DNA of 56,745 bases. Origin: Thermoanaerobaculia bacterium. Lineage in GTDB: Bacteria > Acidobacteriota > Thermoanaerobaculia > JALWYX01. Where the stretch lies: assembly GCA_027078415.1 (NCBI GenBank), contig JALWYX010000040.1, positions 1 to 56,745 of the forward strand. Direction: 5' to 3'. Made by a program: the position numbers and the translations under genes. Each line of letters starts with the position of its first letter. Within the stretch, counting starts at the first letter, position 1. The notes under the pieces are model-generated. The model worked only from the letters and a program-made list of their open reading frames with translations, was not told where the DNA came from and did no database searches. Of the stretch, positions 47,636 to 56,618 are shown in pieces.

Positions 47636-47651
47636 ACGTAGTAACTTTATC

Positions 47652-48269
47652 ATGGATATGTTGGCCGTTTCGCTAAGGGTTGAGAATTTGCACTTTGGAT
47701 ATCCTGAAGTAGATGTATTGGACGGCGTTGATTTTGAAGTAAAAAGAGGGCAACTGTGCGTTATTATAGGAGCTAATGGTAGCGGTAAGAGTACAACCCT
47801 TATGCTTATTGCTGGTTTCCTTGAACCAAAAGAAGGGAAAATCATATTTGAGTTTGAGAATAATACTGTAACAGATCGCTATCAGCGACTTAAGATGATA
47901 GGGTATTTATCGCCTCATGTTGGTTTATATCCAGTTATGAGTGTTAGAGAAAACTTGGAGTTTATCTGTTCTTTAAAGGGTATTTCGTCTGAGGAAGCGA
48001 TTTTTATTGTCTCTGAATTTGGGGTTCCTTTAAATAGAAGTTTTAGTAAATTGTCCTCTGGTATGGTCCAGAAAGTCAAATGGGCGTTGGCATTGGCTAA
48101 TTTGCCTCCCGTATTGTTGCTCGACGAACCTTGGCAAAACATGGACAAGGAGGGTATAGAAATAAGTTCTAATTTTTTGAAAGGTTATCTTAGCAAGGGA
48201 GGTATAGCTGTAGTTACCACTCCCTTAGATACCGATTTTTTAGATTGTGATGTTAAAGTCTTTCTTTAG
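47652..48269 (+). CDS. ccmA: Heme exporter ATP-binding protein CcmA
   Basis: GANGSGKST, LSSGM, LLLDEP; first gene of the ccm cluster. Confidence 0.85.
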   Translation: MDMLAVSLRVENLHFGYPEVDVLDGVDFEVKRGQLCVIIGANGSGKSTTLMLIAGFLEPKEGKIIFEFENNTVTDRYQRLKMIGYLSPHVGLYPVMSVRENLEFICSLKGISSEEAIFIVSEFGVPLNRSFSKLSSGMVQKVKWALALANLPPVLLLDEPWQNMDKEGIEISSNFLKGYLSKGGIAVVTTPLDTDFLDCDVKVFL

Positions 48270-48912
48270 AAAAAGTGTTCGTCTGTTTTATAAAGATATC
48301 TTAGAAGAGTGGAGACGTCCGTGGGATTTAATGGTAAGTTTTTTGTTTGGTGCCACAATAATAACTTCTTTAGCTATCTCTGTGGGACCCCAGTTTGGAA
48401 ATCCTGAGTTTGTTACAGCTGTTTTCTGGACTATAGTATATTTGGCTTCTTTTATTGCTGTTGCACGTTCATTTGATAAAGAATATGAGAGAAATACTAT
48501 ATATCTGCTGTTTATGAGTATGGAATATGATGAACTTTTTTTCGGAAAATTGTTATATAATCTCACGGTTTTGTATGCTCTTATAACTTTGTTATATCCT
48601 ATAACTCTATTTTTCTTTCAAGAATTTATAGATTTCTGGTTTTTTATAATACTTGCACTTTTGGTTCCTTTAGGTATTACTCCTATACTTACTCTTATAG
48701 CTGCTCTTACCGTTCATGCGAGACATAAGACAGCTATTCTACCTATAGTTGCTATTCCTATACTGTTGCCTTTGCAAATAGTTACTTTTAAGTTATCCTT
48801 AACTCTTGATTTTTCATCTAAATGGGATATGATTATCTTGCTCGTATTTTATGACTTAGTAGCTATTTTTTCTTCGGTGAGTTTGTATAGTTTTATCTTT
48901 GCTGAAAAATGA
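48247..48912 (+). CDS. ccmB: Heme exporter permease CcmB
   Basis: KDILEEWR, RSFDKEYE, FFGKLLYN, LPIVAIPILLP; about 6 TM. Confidence 0.88.
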   Translation: MMLKSFFRKSVRLFYKDILEEWRRPWDLMVSFLFGATIITSLAISVGPQFGNPEFVTAVFWTIVYLASFIAVARSFDKEYERNTIYLLFMSMEYDELFFGKLLYNLTVLYALITLLYPITLFFFQEFIDFWFFIILALLVPLGITPILTLIAALTVHARHKTAILPIVAIPILLPLQIVTFKLSLTLDFSSKWDMIILLVFYDLVAIFSSVSLYSFIFAEK

Positions 48913-49550
48913 GATATATTTTTTTGTGGATATTTGGCCTTTTGTATCTTTATATGTCTTTTTATTATTCTCCTCTCGCAGAAAAGTTTGAAGGTATAAG
49001 TTCTAGAGCTCTGTTTTTTCATGTTCCTGCAGCTTGGGTCTCGTTATTGGCTTTCTGTATGGCTGCGTATTTTAGTATAAGATACCTAACTTCACGTAAT
49101 TACAAGTTTGATCTTAAAGCTGTTTTGTCCGTCGAATTGGGATTTCTATTTTGTGTGTTGGCTACTATTACAGGATCTTTATGGGCTAAAGTTATGTGGG
49201 GAAGTTATTGGAACTGGGACCCCAGACAGACTTCTATAATAGCTGTTCTTATCTTTTACGTAGCTTATCTTGTATTGCGTGATAGTGTGGAGGACAAAAA
49301 GATTAAGCCTGTAGTAGCTGCCGCGTATGCGAGTTTGGGCTTTATCGTAGCACCCTTTTTCTATTTTGTTATCCCTAGAATAACCTACTCACTTCATCCT
49401 GATCCTGTGGTGAATACAGAAGCGAAACTTAAGATGGATTCAAAGATTTTTATTACCCTTATTGTATCCACTCTTTTTTTTACCCTACTCTATTTGGTGA
49501 TGTTGAGACTTGTGGAAAGGGTAGAATTACTTAAGAGGAAAGCAAAGTGA
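48909..49550 (+). CDS. ccmC: Heme exporter CcmC
   Basis: FFHVPAAW, WAKVMWGSYWNWDPRQT (WWD domain), SLHP. Confidence 0.93.
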   Translation: MRYIFLWIFGLLYLYMSFYYSPLAEKFEGISSRALFFHVPAAWVSLLAFCMAAYFSIRYLTSRNYKFDLKAVLSVELGFLFCVLATITGSLWAKVMWGSYWNWDPRQTSIIAVLIFYVAYLVLRDSVEDKKIKPVVAAAYASLGFIVAPFFYFVIPRITYSLHPDPVVNTEAKLKMDSKIFITLIVSTLFFTLLYLVMLRLVERVELLKRKAK

Positions 49551-49681
49551 ACGGCGGACCTTTGTGGTTACTGATAATTAATTTTATTGTATGGAGTGGA
49601 ATAGCTGTTTATCTCTATTATCTGGACAGAAAAATTAGCCATTTGGAAGAAAAGGGAGAGGGAAGAGAAGATGAAAAGTAG
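49547..49681 (+). CDS. ccmD: CcmD family small membrane protein (44 aa, not in ORF track)
   Basis: GTGA overlap with the ccmC stop; MNGGPLWLLIINFIVWSGIAVYLYYLDRKISHLEEKGEGREDEK; one TM plus charged tail; lies between ccmC and ccmE. Confidence 0.85.
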   Translation: MNGGPLWLLIINFIVWSGIAVYLYYLDRKISHLEEKGEGREDEK

Positions 49682-50087
49682 AAAGCTGTGGCCGTATTTA
49701 ACCGCTTTGACCTTGGTGTTTTTCTTATTTTTTGCTTTTAAAACTTTTACTCAAAATGTAACGCCTTATATTAGTTTCGCTGAGGCTAAGTTATCGGGCA
49801 GGCAGGTTCAGGTAGCTGGTAAGCTTAAACCGGATAGTGTAGATTATAGCTCAGGTGTTTTACGCTTTACCTTACTAGACCCCGATAAGTCTGAGAGTTT
49901 GGTAGTTATATATAGAGGTACAAGGCCAGCTAATTTGGAGGAAGCTGAAAGTATAGTTGTTATAGGTAAGTACGATAACACTTCAGACATTTTCTTTGCT
50001 AATAAAATTTTGACTAAATGTCCTTCAAAATACGAAGGTAAAGGTATACACCCAGATAACGTGGATTTAAGAAGTTATGACAAGTAG
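49671..50087 (+). CDS. ccmE: Heme chaperone CcmE, CxxxY variant
   Basis: N-terminal anchor, VQVAG, VIYRG..P, ILTKCPSKY. Confidence 0.92.
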   Translation: MKSRKLWPYLTALTLVFFLFFAFKTFTQNVTPYISFAEAKLSGRQVQVAGKLKPDSVDYSSGVLRFTLLDPDKSESLVVIYRGTRPANLEEAESIVVIGKYDNTSDIFFANKILTKCPSKYEGKGIHPDNVDLRSYDK

Positions 50088-52323
50088 TTTCTATCTACCT
50101 GGAACATTGCCTCTCTGGGGGTTTTTGTTATTACTTTTTGTTTCTATTTGGGGTTATTTGAAAAAAGATGTAGGTTTTGCTAGAGTTGCGCTTCATAGTT
50201 CAGCTTTTCTACTGTTTTTGTCTATAGGGGTGTTAGTTGTAAAATTACTTACTTCAGATTTTTCCATCGCTTACGTATACAACTATACAAGTTCCGATCT
50301 CCAGAGAATTTTTAAGTTTGCAGCTCTATGGGCTGGGCAAGAGGGAAGTTTTCTAGTTTGGCTTTTCTGGAGTGTAATTATAGCTCTGTTTCTTTCAGAG
50401 AAAATTGGGACATTGGAATCTAAGGTTATGCCAGTTTATTTAGCTGTGGTTGGATTGCTTGCAATAATTACTGTAAAGAGTACACCTTTTGAATTACTTG
50501 TAGTCAATCCTGGTGAGGGGAAAGGGTTAAACCCTCTGCTTCAGAATTATTGGATGGCTATCCATCCACCCGTTATGTTTTTAGGATACTCTCTTACAAC
50601 TGTACCGTTTTCTTTGGCGTTAACCAGGCTTTTAGTATCGGAAAATTTTAATTTTTCTCGCCTCGTACTGCCATGGACCATACTGTCGTTAGTTATTTTA
50701 GGTGCAGCTATTATGTTAGGAGGATTTTGGGCGTATGAAACTCTGGGTTGGGGCGGGTATTGGGCGTGGGATCCTGTAGAAAATGCATCTCTTGTACCGT
50801 GGCTCCTTATAGTAGCATTGGTGCATACACTCCGTTTAGAGTCTACAAGCAAAGGATATTCTAGAATAAACTTGATTCTGTCTCTTCTGCCTTATATAGC
50901 TGTTGTATATGGCACCTTCCTTACTAGATCAGGAGTACTTGCAGATTTCTCTGTACACAGTTTCGTAGACCTTGGCTTCTCCAGTTGGATAGCTACTTGG
51001 AATGTACTATTGGTAATTGTTGTTGCAATTGCTTACTGGATCGGAATAAAGAAGATACCTAAGAAAAAAACGTATTACCCTTTCTTATCTACCCACACCC
51101 TAGCATTTATCGGGGCGTGCACGTTTCTTGTTTTGGCTTTGGTAGTAGCTGTAGCTACATCTATGCCTTTGCTGAGTAGGATATGGGGTAAGCCCTCAGG
51201 TGTTGATAGCAATTTTTACAATACAGTGCTTTTCCCCGTAGCTATTTGGATAACTGTATTAATAGGTCTTGTTCCTATAGTTAAGGCGAAAAAAGAAAAA
51301 CGTCTAAAACTTATACTGTTGTTTGCTGGTATAGCTCTTGTTTTAACTATTTTTACTAAAATGATCCTAGGTTACAGAGGTCTTGGTAGTTTCATCTACA
51401 CTTTTTCTGCTATGTTTACTATAGTTTCTTACTTTGCTTGGTTTAAACGAATAAAAAATATCGGATATCTGACCTCTGTTGGAACTATTCACACAGGAGT
51501 TGCAGTGTTTTTACTAGGTGCACTCTTTTCTTTTGTATATTCAAACTCGCAAGATATAAAGTTGGAGTATGGAAAAACTGCACAGTTTAATGGATATACT
51601 TTTAGGCTTGTAAGTATACCCATTGGAGGGAAAAAACGTGAGTTCGTAGTAGAAATTGTTGATAGAAAAGGTGAAAAATTTTTCTCTAGACCGTCGATGG
51701 AATTTAATCCCTTAACGGAGCAGTTTATAGGACATCCTGGAATAACTTTTAACCCTTTACAAGATATATATCTTGCTCCACAATCGTTTGATCCTAAGAA
51801 CGACGGAAAACAGCATGGCGTTAAACTTAGAAAGGGTGAACAAGCTGATTTGGGTATGTACAGATTAAAATTTGTGGGTTTTGATTTTACAATCGACGGA
51901 GATCCTAAGAATAAGTTGGAAAAAGGAGAAGAGGTTACTTTAGGTATCCAGGTAGAAATTAGTACTTTAGATAACAGTTTTAGAGAGACTTTGAAGTATA
52001 GATTTAATCCTAGGGACGGGAAAGTTTACGTTTTGCCTTCCTTTCTTCCTTACGGGGGCGAAATTAAAGTAGATAAGATTTTTCCTTCGGAAGGTGCTGT
52101 TTTGATAAGTGGAAGAAATGTGCCTGGTACTGCAGGTACCCCTACTTTTATAGTTAATGTGTCCTTCAAGCCCTATATAATTCTGGTATGGATAGGCTCT
52201 ATTATGATAATAGTAGGGGGAATTATAGGTTATTCGGTGCGTAGATATTCGCCAAAGGCTGCTAGAGAAAAAACTCTAGAAGAAAAACATTTTGTTGTTT
52301 CCCCCGAAAAGTACCTTGGATAG
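50077..52323 (+). CDS. ccmF: Cytochrome c heme lyase CcmF
   Basis: WAGQEGS, GLNPLLQN..MAIHPP, WAYETLGWGGYWAWDPVEN, TRSG..SVHSF. Confidence 0.95.
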   Translation: MTSSFYLPGTLPLWGFLLLLFVSIWGYLKKDVGFARVALHSSAFLLFLSIGVLVVKLLTSDFSIAYVYNYTSSDLQRIFKFAALWAGQEGSFLVWLFWSVIIALFLSEKIGTLESKVMPVYLAVVGLLAIITVKSTPFELLVVNPGEGKGLNPLLQNYWMAIHPPVMFLGYSLTTVPFSLALTRLLVSENFNFSRLVLPWTILSLVILGAAIMLGGFWAYETLGWGGYWAWDPVENASLVPWLLIVALVHTLRLESTSKGYSRINLILSLLPYIAVVYGTFLTRSGVLADFSVHSFVDLGFSSWIATWNVLLVIVVAIAYWIGIKKIPKKKTYYPFLSTHTLAFIGACTFLVLALVVAVATSMPLLSRIWGKPSGVDSNFYNTVLFPVAIWITVLIGLVPIVKAKKEKRLKLILLFAGIALVLTIFTKMILGYRGLGSFIYTFSAMFTIVSYFAWFKRIKNIGYLTSVGTIHTGVAVFLLGALFSFVYSNSQDIKLEYGKTAQFNGYTFRLVSIPIGGKKREFVVEIVDRKGEKFFSRPSMEFNPLTEQFIGHPGITFNPLQDIYLAPQSFDPKNDGKQHGVKLRKGEQADLGMYRLKFVGFDFTIDGDPKNKLEKGEEVTLGIQVEISTLDNSFRETLKYRFNPRDGKVYVLPSFLPYGGEIKVDKIFPSEGAVLISGRNVPGTAGTPTFIVNVSFKPYIILVWIGSIMIIVGGIIGYSVRRYSPKAAREKTLEEKHFVVSPEKYLG

Positions 52324-52971
52324 ATGCTAGGACGTCATCACCTAGCACTGTCAATTATGTGGGGCTTTAATATTATTGAATCGGGAGATTTTACAGATTA
52401 CAAAATAGCCTTTGCCTCTCTCGCTATAGGAGCTTTACTGCCCGATGTGGATGCACCGTCTAGCAAGTTGAAAAAAGGTGACTTTGGAATTATAAAAGCG
52501 AGAAAATTAGGAATAGCTGTTTTTTACGGAGCTAAATTCCTCTTTTTCTACCCTTACGCTGCCCTTGTGTCTCTTTTACGTAAAGACGCTTTTAAACACC
52601 GAAAGTCTATGCATAGTATATGTGCTCTGTTTGTTTTGCTGCTTTTTCTCTATTACCCTGTAAAATATTTGGGGTATCTAGAATATCTATTTCCTTTTGC
52701 TTTAGGGTTCTTGTTCCACTTATTCCAAGATGGAGTAACAGTTTCGGGAATATACCCTTTTTACCCTCTTAGCTCTTTTGCACTCAAGGGAGGGTTTGTA
52801 ACCGGTTCTATGCCCTCAAGCGTACTTTTTGATCTCTACTCAGCAGCTTTATTTGCCTACAACGTTGGATTTTTTAATTTTTCCTTGGACCCCGTTTTGT
52901 TTTTAATTGGTAATATATTTTTTATCTCCTTTATAGGAATAATAATTAAATTTTTCGGTATTAAAGTGTAA
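52324..52971 (+). CDS. Membrane metal-dependent hydrolase (YdjM/DUF457 family)
   Basis: M.GRHH, GALLPDVD, HRKSMHS, HLFQD..T.SG. Confidence 0.85.
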   Translation: MLGRHHLALSIMWGFNIIESGDFTDYKIAFASLAIGALLPDVDAPSSKLKKGDFGIIKARKLGIAVFYGAKFLFFYPYAALVSLLRKDAFKHRKSMHSICALFVLLLFLYYPVKYLGYLEYLFPFALGFLFHLFQDGVTVSGIYPFYPLSSFALKGGFVTGSMPSSVLFDLYSAALFAYNVGFFNFSLDPVLFLIGNIFFISFIGIIIKFFGIKV

Positions 52972-53740
52972 TTTTGGCTACGAGATAAACAGTTTGTAAA
53001 CGGTAAAATTACTTGCTTGTACTAGGTTATAAATTTTGTTAAGAAAAATATCCTATTATAACATTGGCAAAAACTAAAAAGAGTTTGAAATTAAGAAGCT
53101 TACTTCCTACTGGTTTATTTGCTATCTTTGCTGCTTAAAGTTACCTTTGCACATGTAAAGTTTTATTTTTTATACAATAACTGCCCAAATCCAATAGGTT
53201 GTTACAAAAAGTCTGCAGGAAACTCCGGAGTCAGAGAGTACAATTTACTCTGTGAATAATCTGTTGGATGCTCTTGCCGCTTATGGTGGACAGATACGCG
53301 AGTTGTAGCAACAAGGTATTGGTTTAAATCATTAAAACTTCTATGTAGGATATTACTTTTCTCAGACCTTCCTAGATAATAACACCACTGTATCATCGGC
53401 GCTTCGGGGTAACAATATCTAACTATTCAAGTTAAGCTAGGTTACTTTTTTAGAAAAGTTGTAAGGTTATTTTTACTAAATTATTATCAAATTTTAATAA
53501 GTTTAAGTATTTCCATTAAGTGTGATACCAAAGTTTTTACAGTATATTAACGTTCATCGGTAGAGATATATTTATACTCTTAGTTACCTTTAAGAAGATA
53601 TATATTCTCAATATCCAGCTAAAAGTAATTCTTTCTATAAAAGTTGTTTTTCAAATTTTAACTCTTACAATTTTTGATAAGTAACCTTAAGTACGGAAAA
53701 TTTGGTCTGTTTTAAAGTTCAAAAAGAATCATTTTTTCAC

Positions 53741-53764
53741 TTGACTTTTTTTTTTTTTTACAAT
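53741..53764 (+). promoter_or_regulatory. Sigma70-like promoter with poly-T spacer (TTGAC-T14-ACAAT)
   Basis: TTGACT 53741-53746 and TACAAT 53759-53764 separated by 12 T; strong AGGAGGAGG RBS downstream. Confidence 0.55.
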
Positions 53765-53769
53765 GCAAA

Positions 53770-53797
53770 TGACTCTTTTAGGGCCCTAGAGGAGTTA
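53770..53797 (+). other. 5'-UTR hairpin
   Basis: tgactcttttaggg/ccctagaggagtta pairs fully, with three G-U pairs on the + strand; core palindrome TAGGGCCCTA. Confidence 0.55.
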
Positions 53798-53819
53798 AAT
53801 AAAAAAGGAGGAGGTTAAA

Positions 53820-54158
53820 ATGAAAACTAGAGTAGTTTTAGCTTTAGCTGCAGGGTTGTTTTTAGTGAATCTAGGTCCACTTTTCGCGTGTAGTATATGT
53901 GATGGTGGTATGAAGTGGTGTAATTTAGATCCTGATGGTTATGAGTTTTGTACTGCAAATGGAGTCAACGGTGATAATGATGGTGATAATCGTCCTGATG
54001 AGACGCCGTTACCGGGTACTTTTTGTGTAGAGAGTGGTAGGCAATGTGAGGGTTGGATTCCTAAGGATTGTACTGATTCTGCTGATTTCTGGTGTTGGGT
54101 GTTGAGTCATGCAAAGTATGATCCTTGCTCTCACAATGGCGGAAGTAACGCAAGTTAG
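53820..54158 (+). CDS. Small exported cysteine-rich protein
   Basis: Strong RBS; signal MKTRVVLALAAGLFLVNLGPLFA; 9 Cys in the 89-aa mature part; DNDGDNRPD Ca-loop-like motif. Confidence 0.85.
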   Translation: MKTRVVLALAAGLFLVNLGPLFACSICDGGMKWCNLDPDGYEFCTANGVNGDNDGDNRPDETPLPGTFCVESGRQCEGWIPKDCTDSADFWCWVLSHAKYDPCSHNGGSNAS

Positions 54159-54182
54159 TTAAACTAGGTGGAGGAGGGTAGG

Positions 54183-56414
54183 ATGAAAAGAGTAGCTTCG
54201 CTGTCTGTACTCTTTTTCTACAGTTTATTTGTATCTGCCAAAACCGGTGAGATTTGGGTGAATTTTTACCTTGGGGAGAAAGAGGATAAAGGTGTTATAG
54301 GTATTCTTAAAAATGAAGATGGTAATTTGTCTGCTGTAATGGTTCGTAAAAATCTCAAGCCAGGTAAGTATACCTTTAAAGTAAAGGAAGGTAAGTATCT
54401 AGTAATATGTATGAAATACTCGTACAATCACTCTTTTCAAAGACGTCCTATAATTGTAAAGAGTGGTTCTGTTACAGAGGTAATATGTAAAGGTCATCCT
54501 GATAGCGATTTTATAGAATTAAGGGGAGTTGTGATAGATAAGGAAAGTGGACTCCCTATAGCTGGAGCTAAAGTGGGATATCCCCCGTACATCCTGCCCT
54601 CCGGACTTTTACCCCATTATAGCCTAGTTATAGAGATAAAGAATGAGAAGTTGGATGCAGGTGACGAAGTAAGATTTCTTAAAAAATACAGTTTGGATAA
54701 ATACCTCTATTTTCCTACTGATAGAAAAGGCAATTTTAAGATATTTATTTACAAAAAGGCTGTTGCAGATTTTGGTTTTATATATTTTTCTGTCATAGCC
54801 GATGGTTACGCTCCTTTTTTCTACAAAAAAAAGATAGGAGTAAAGGAGGTTTTTAATACAAAGAATCCTTTGGATGTAGGTACCCTAGAGTTAGTATCTG
54901 CAAGTAGTTTTAAACTATCGTTAGTACCGTCTCTTAAGAAAAATGCCGCTGTGTACCTGAAGCCTGTTAATACTGAGATAGAGAGTTTTCCTAGGTACTA
55001 TTTTCTGTCTTCCCCTTATCGTAGATTTGGTACTTCTTCAAAGAATCCTATTTTTGTAAAAGACAGTTTTATATGGTCATTTCTTTCTCCTTGGGTTTAC
55101 TCTGTTGAGTGGAGGATTAAAGAGAACAAAAGGAGTCGAGATGCTAGTGCATCTTTGGCTGTATACGAGGTAAAGGAGAAGGAGAATAAGGAGGTTAGTT
55201 TAGATGTGAACGATTGTGAGTACGAGATTGAAGTCGTAGGGTTTGATAAAAGAGGTAATGATGAGGGTAAAGTAGACTTTGATATTTCTATTATATGGAG
55301 GGGTAAATATAGGGTAATTGATTTTGTAAGTTTTAAGGATTTAAAAGAGCCGATAAAGGTTAGGGATATATCTAGAGGTAGGAGCTTTATTGAGGTTTCC
55401 GTAAGGTATGGAGAAGAGGGGGAGGTCTTTATAAAAGAGATAGGAGAGAAGATCAAATTTAAGAAATCTGATACGACTTTTTACTCCCGTGTTATGATGG
55501 AAGATTGTGCTAGAGATAGTAAGGTTAAGATTAAGTTGGAGGATGGGGAGCTTTCCTTTGTTATAAGAGACGATAAGGGGAAACCTATAAAGGGTGCGAG
55601 TGTTATTGCGTATTTGTATAAGGAGGGGTATGAGCCTTCGTTTTCCTGTTGGACCAGCAGTGATGAGAAGGGAAGAGCTGTATGTAAGTTTTTAAAAAGC
55701 GGAGAGTATCTAGTTCTTGTTCGTCATTCTAAAGGCTACTTTGGTCCCAAGACTTTTACAACGGGTAAGGATAGTTATGAAATAACGCTTAAGAAAGGTA
55801 AAAATATCGAGGTTGAGTTGTTGTCTCCGGAGTATAAACCGATTGGAATGGGTTTAGTTATGGTAGCTGCTTTAAGAGATACCCCTTTTAGTATATTGTC
55901 TACGTTAAGAGTTGAGGGGGAGGAATCGAAGCCTTATAGGATTCTAGGTCTCTTTAGTAAAAAGGAGTATAGGTATATAGCGAGGTTTACCGATTTACCT
56001 TACCTCGATATCTACATTTTCCCGGAGACCCAGGTAACTAAGTTAGGGAGAGGCTGGAGTAAATGGGGTGTGTTGGTAGGTTCTGAGGAGGAAGATAATG
56101 TACAGTTGGTTCTTGAGATGGGGAGTGGTGCTGTTGTGTTTCAGGGTAAGAACACTGGGGTAGGTTTTGACGATGCTTACAAAGTATCCATTTGTAAAAA
56201 AGGAGCAGAATGTTTACCTTCTTCATTTTTTACTCCACCTAAGTTTTTTTCCCCAACAGGAGGATTTGTTATAACTGGTTTATCACCTGGAGAGTATAAA
56301 GTGAGGCTTATTCCTATAGATTTAGGTGAGGGTAGAGAATCGTTAGAGACTCCATTTTTTAAAATTTATGCCGATCAGCACACTATTGTGGAGGAAGGGA
56401 GTTTTAGGAGGTAA
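54183..56414 (+). CDS. Exported multi-domain protein with carboxypeptidase-regulatory-like (transthyretin-like) beta-sandwiches
   Basis: Signal MKRVASLSVLFFYSLFVSA; LRGVVIDKESGLPIAGAKV...TDRKGNF...ADGYAP; VIRDDKGKPIKGASV...SDEKGR...GEY; GFVITGLSPGEYKV. Confidence 0.85.
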   Translation: MKRVASLSVLFFYSLFVSAKTGEIWVNFYLGEKEDKGVIGILKNEDGNLSAVMVRKNLKPGKYTFKVKEGKYLVICMKYSYNHSFQRRPIIVKSGSVTEVICKGHPDSDFIELRGVVIDKESGLPIAGAKVGYPPYILPSGLLPHYSLVIEIKNEKLDAGDEVRFLKKYSLDKYLYFPTDRKGNFKIFIYKKAVADFGFIYFSVIADGYAPFFYKKKIGVKEVFNTKNPLDVGTLELVSASSFKLSLVPSLKKNAAVYLKPVNTEIESFPRYYFLSSPYRRFGTSSKNPIFVKDSFIWSFLSPWVYSVEWRIKENKRSRDASASLAVYEVKEKENKEVSLDVNDCEYEIEVVGFDKRGNDEGKVDFDISIIWRGKYRVIDFVSFKDLKEPIKVRDISRGRSFIEVSVRYGEEGEVFIKEIGEKIKFKKSDTTFYSRVMMEDCARDSKVKIKLEDGELSFVIRDDKGKPIKGASVIAYLYKEGYEPSFSCWTSSDEKGRAVCKFLKSGEYLVLVRHSKGYFGPKTFTTGKDSYEITLKKGKNIEVELLSPEYKPIGMGLVMVAALRDTPFSILSTLRVEGEESKPYRILGLFSKKEYRYIARFTDLPYLDIYIFPETQVTKLGRGWSKWGVLVGSEEEDNVQLVLEMGSGAVVFQGKNTGVGFDDAYKVSICKKGAECLPSSFFTPPKFFSPTGGFVITGLSPGEYKVRLIPIDLGEGRESLETPFFKIYADQHTIVEEGSFRR

Positions 56415-56594
56415 AAAATTTTCTCTTTTGTTCACTGTTTTAATTTGTTAAGTGTGAGAAATTAGTGTTTTTAAATTGGTTTATATATCGTTTTGATAGG
56501 TGAAGTAGCAGCTTTGATGGGTATAAGTAGTGTTGTGTGGTATAGCTAGTTTTATACTGTAATGTTGTAAGTTTTCTCAGAAGTATAAAATAGA

Positions 56595-56618
56595 TTGACC
56601 GTTGCGGAATTGTACGAT
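56595..56618 (+). promoter_or_regulatory. Candidate promoter TTGACC-N12-TACGAT for a gene beyond the window
   Basis: Same geometry as the motifs at 35196 and 53741. Confidence 0.3.

Noticed and set aside
47654-47845. 64-aa N-terminal extension of the HEAT-cyclophilin ORF
   Set aside because: It is the antisense of ccmA; the signal peptide starts downstream.
53202-53396. 64-aa minus-strand ORF in the spacer
   Set aside because: No RBS, motif or typical composition.
53820-54158. RiPP precursor or c-type cytochrome
   Set aside because: Has a Sec-type signal, no adjacent radical SAM/YcaO/Lan maturase, and CSICD is not CxxCH.
1472-56226. Short ORFs nested in or antisense to identified genes (e.g. 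4163-4516, 19405-19953, 20442-20795, 21410-21778, 41449-41784, 50547-50852, 55097-55456)
   Set aside because: Shadow frames of well-supported genes, with no motifs or RBS.
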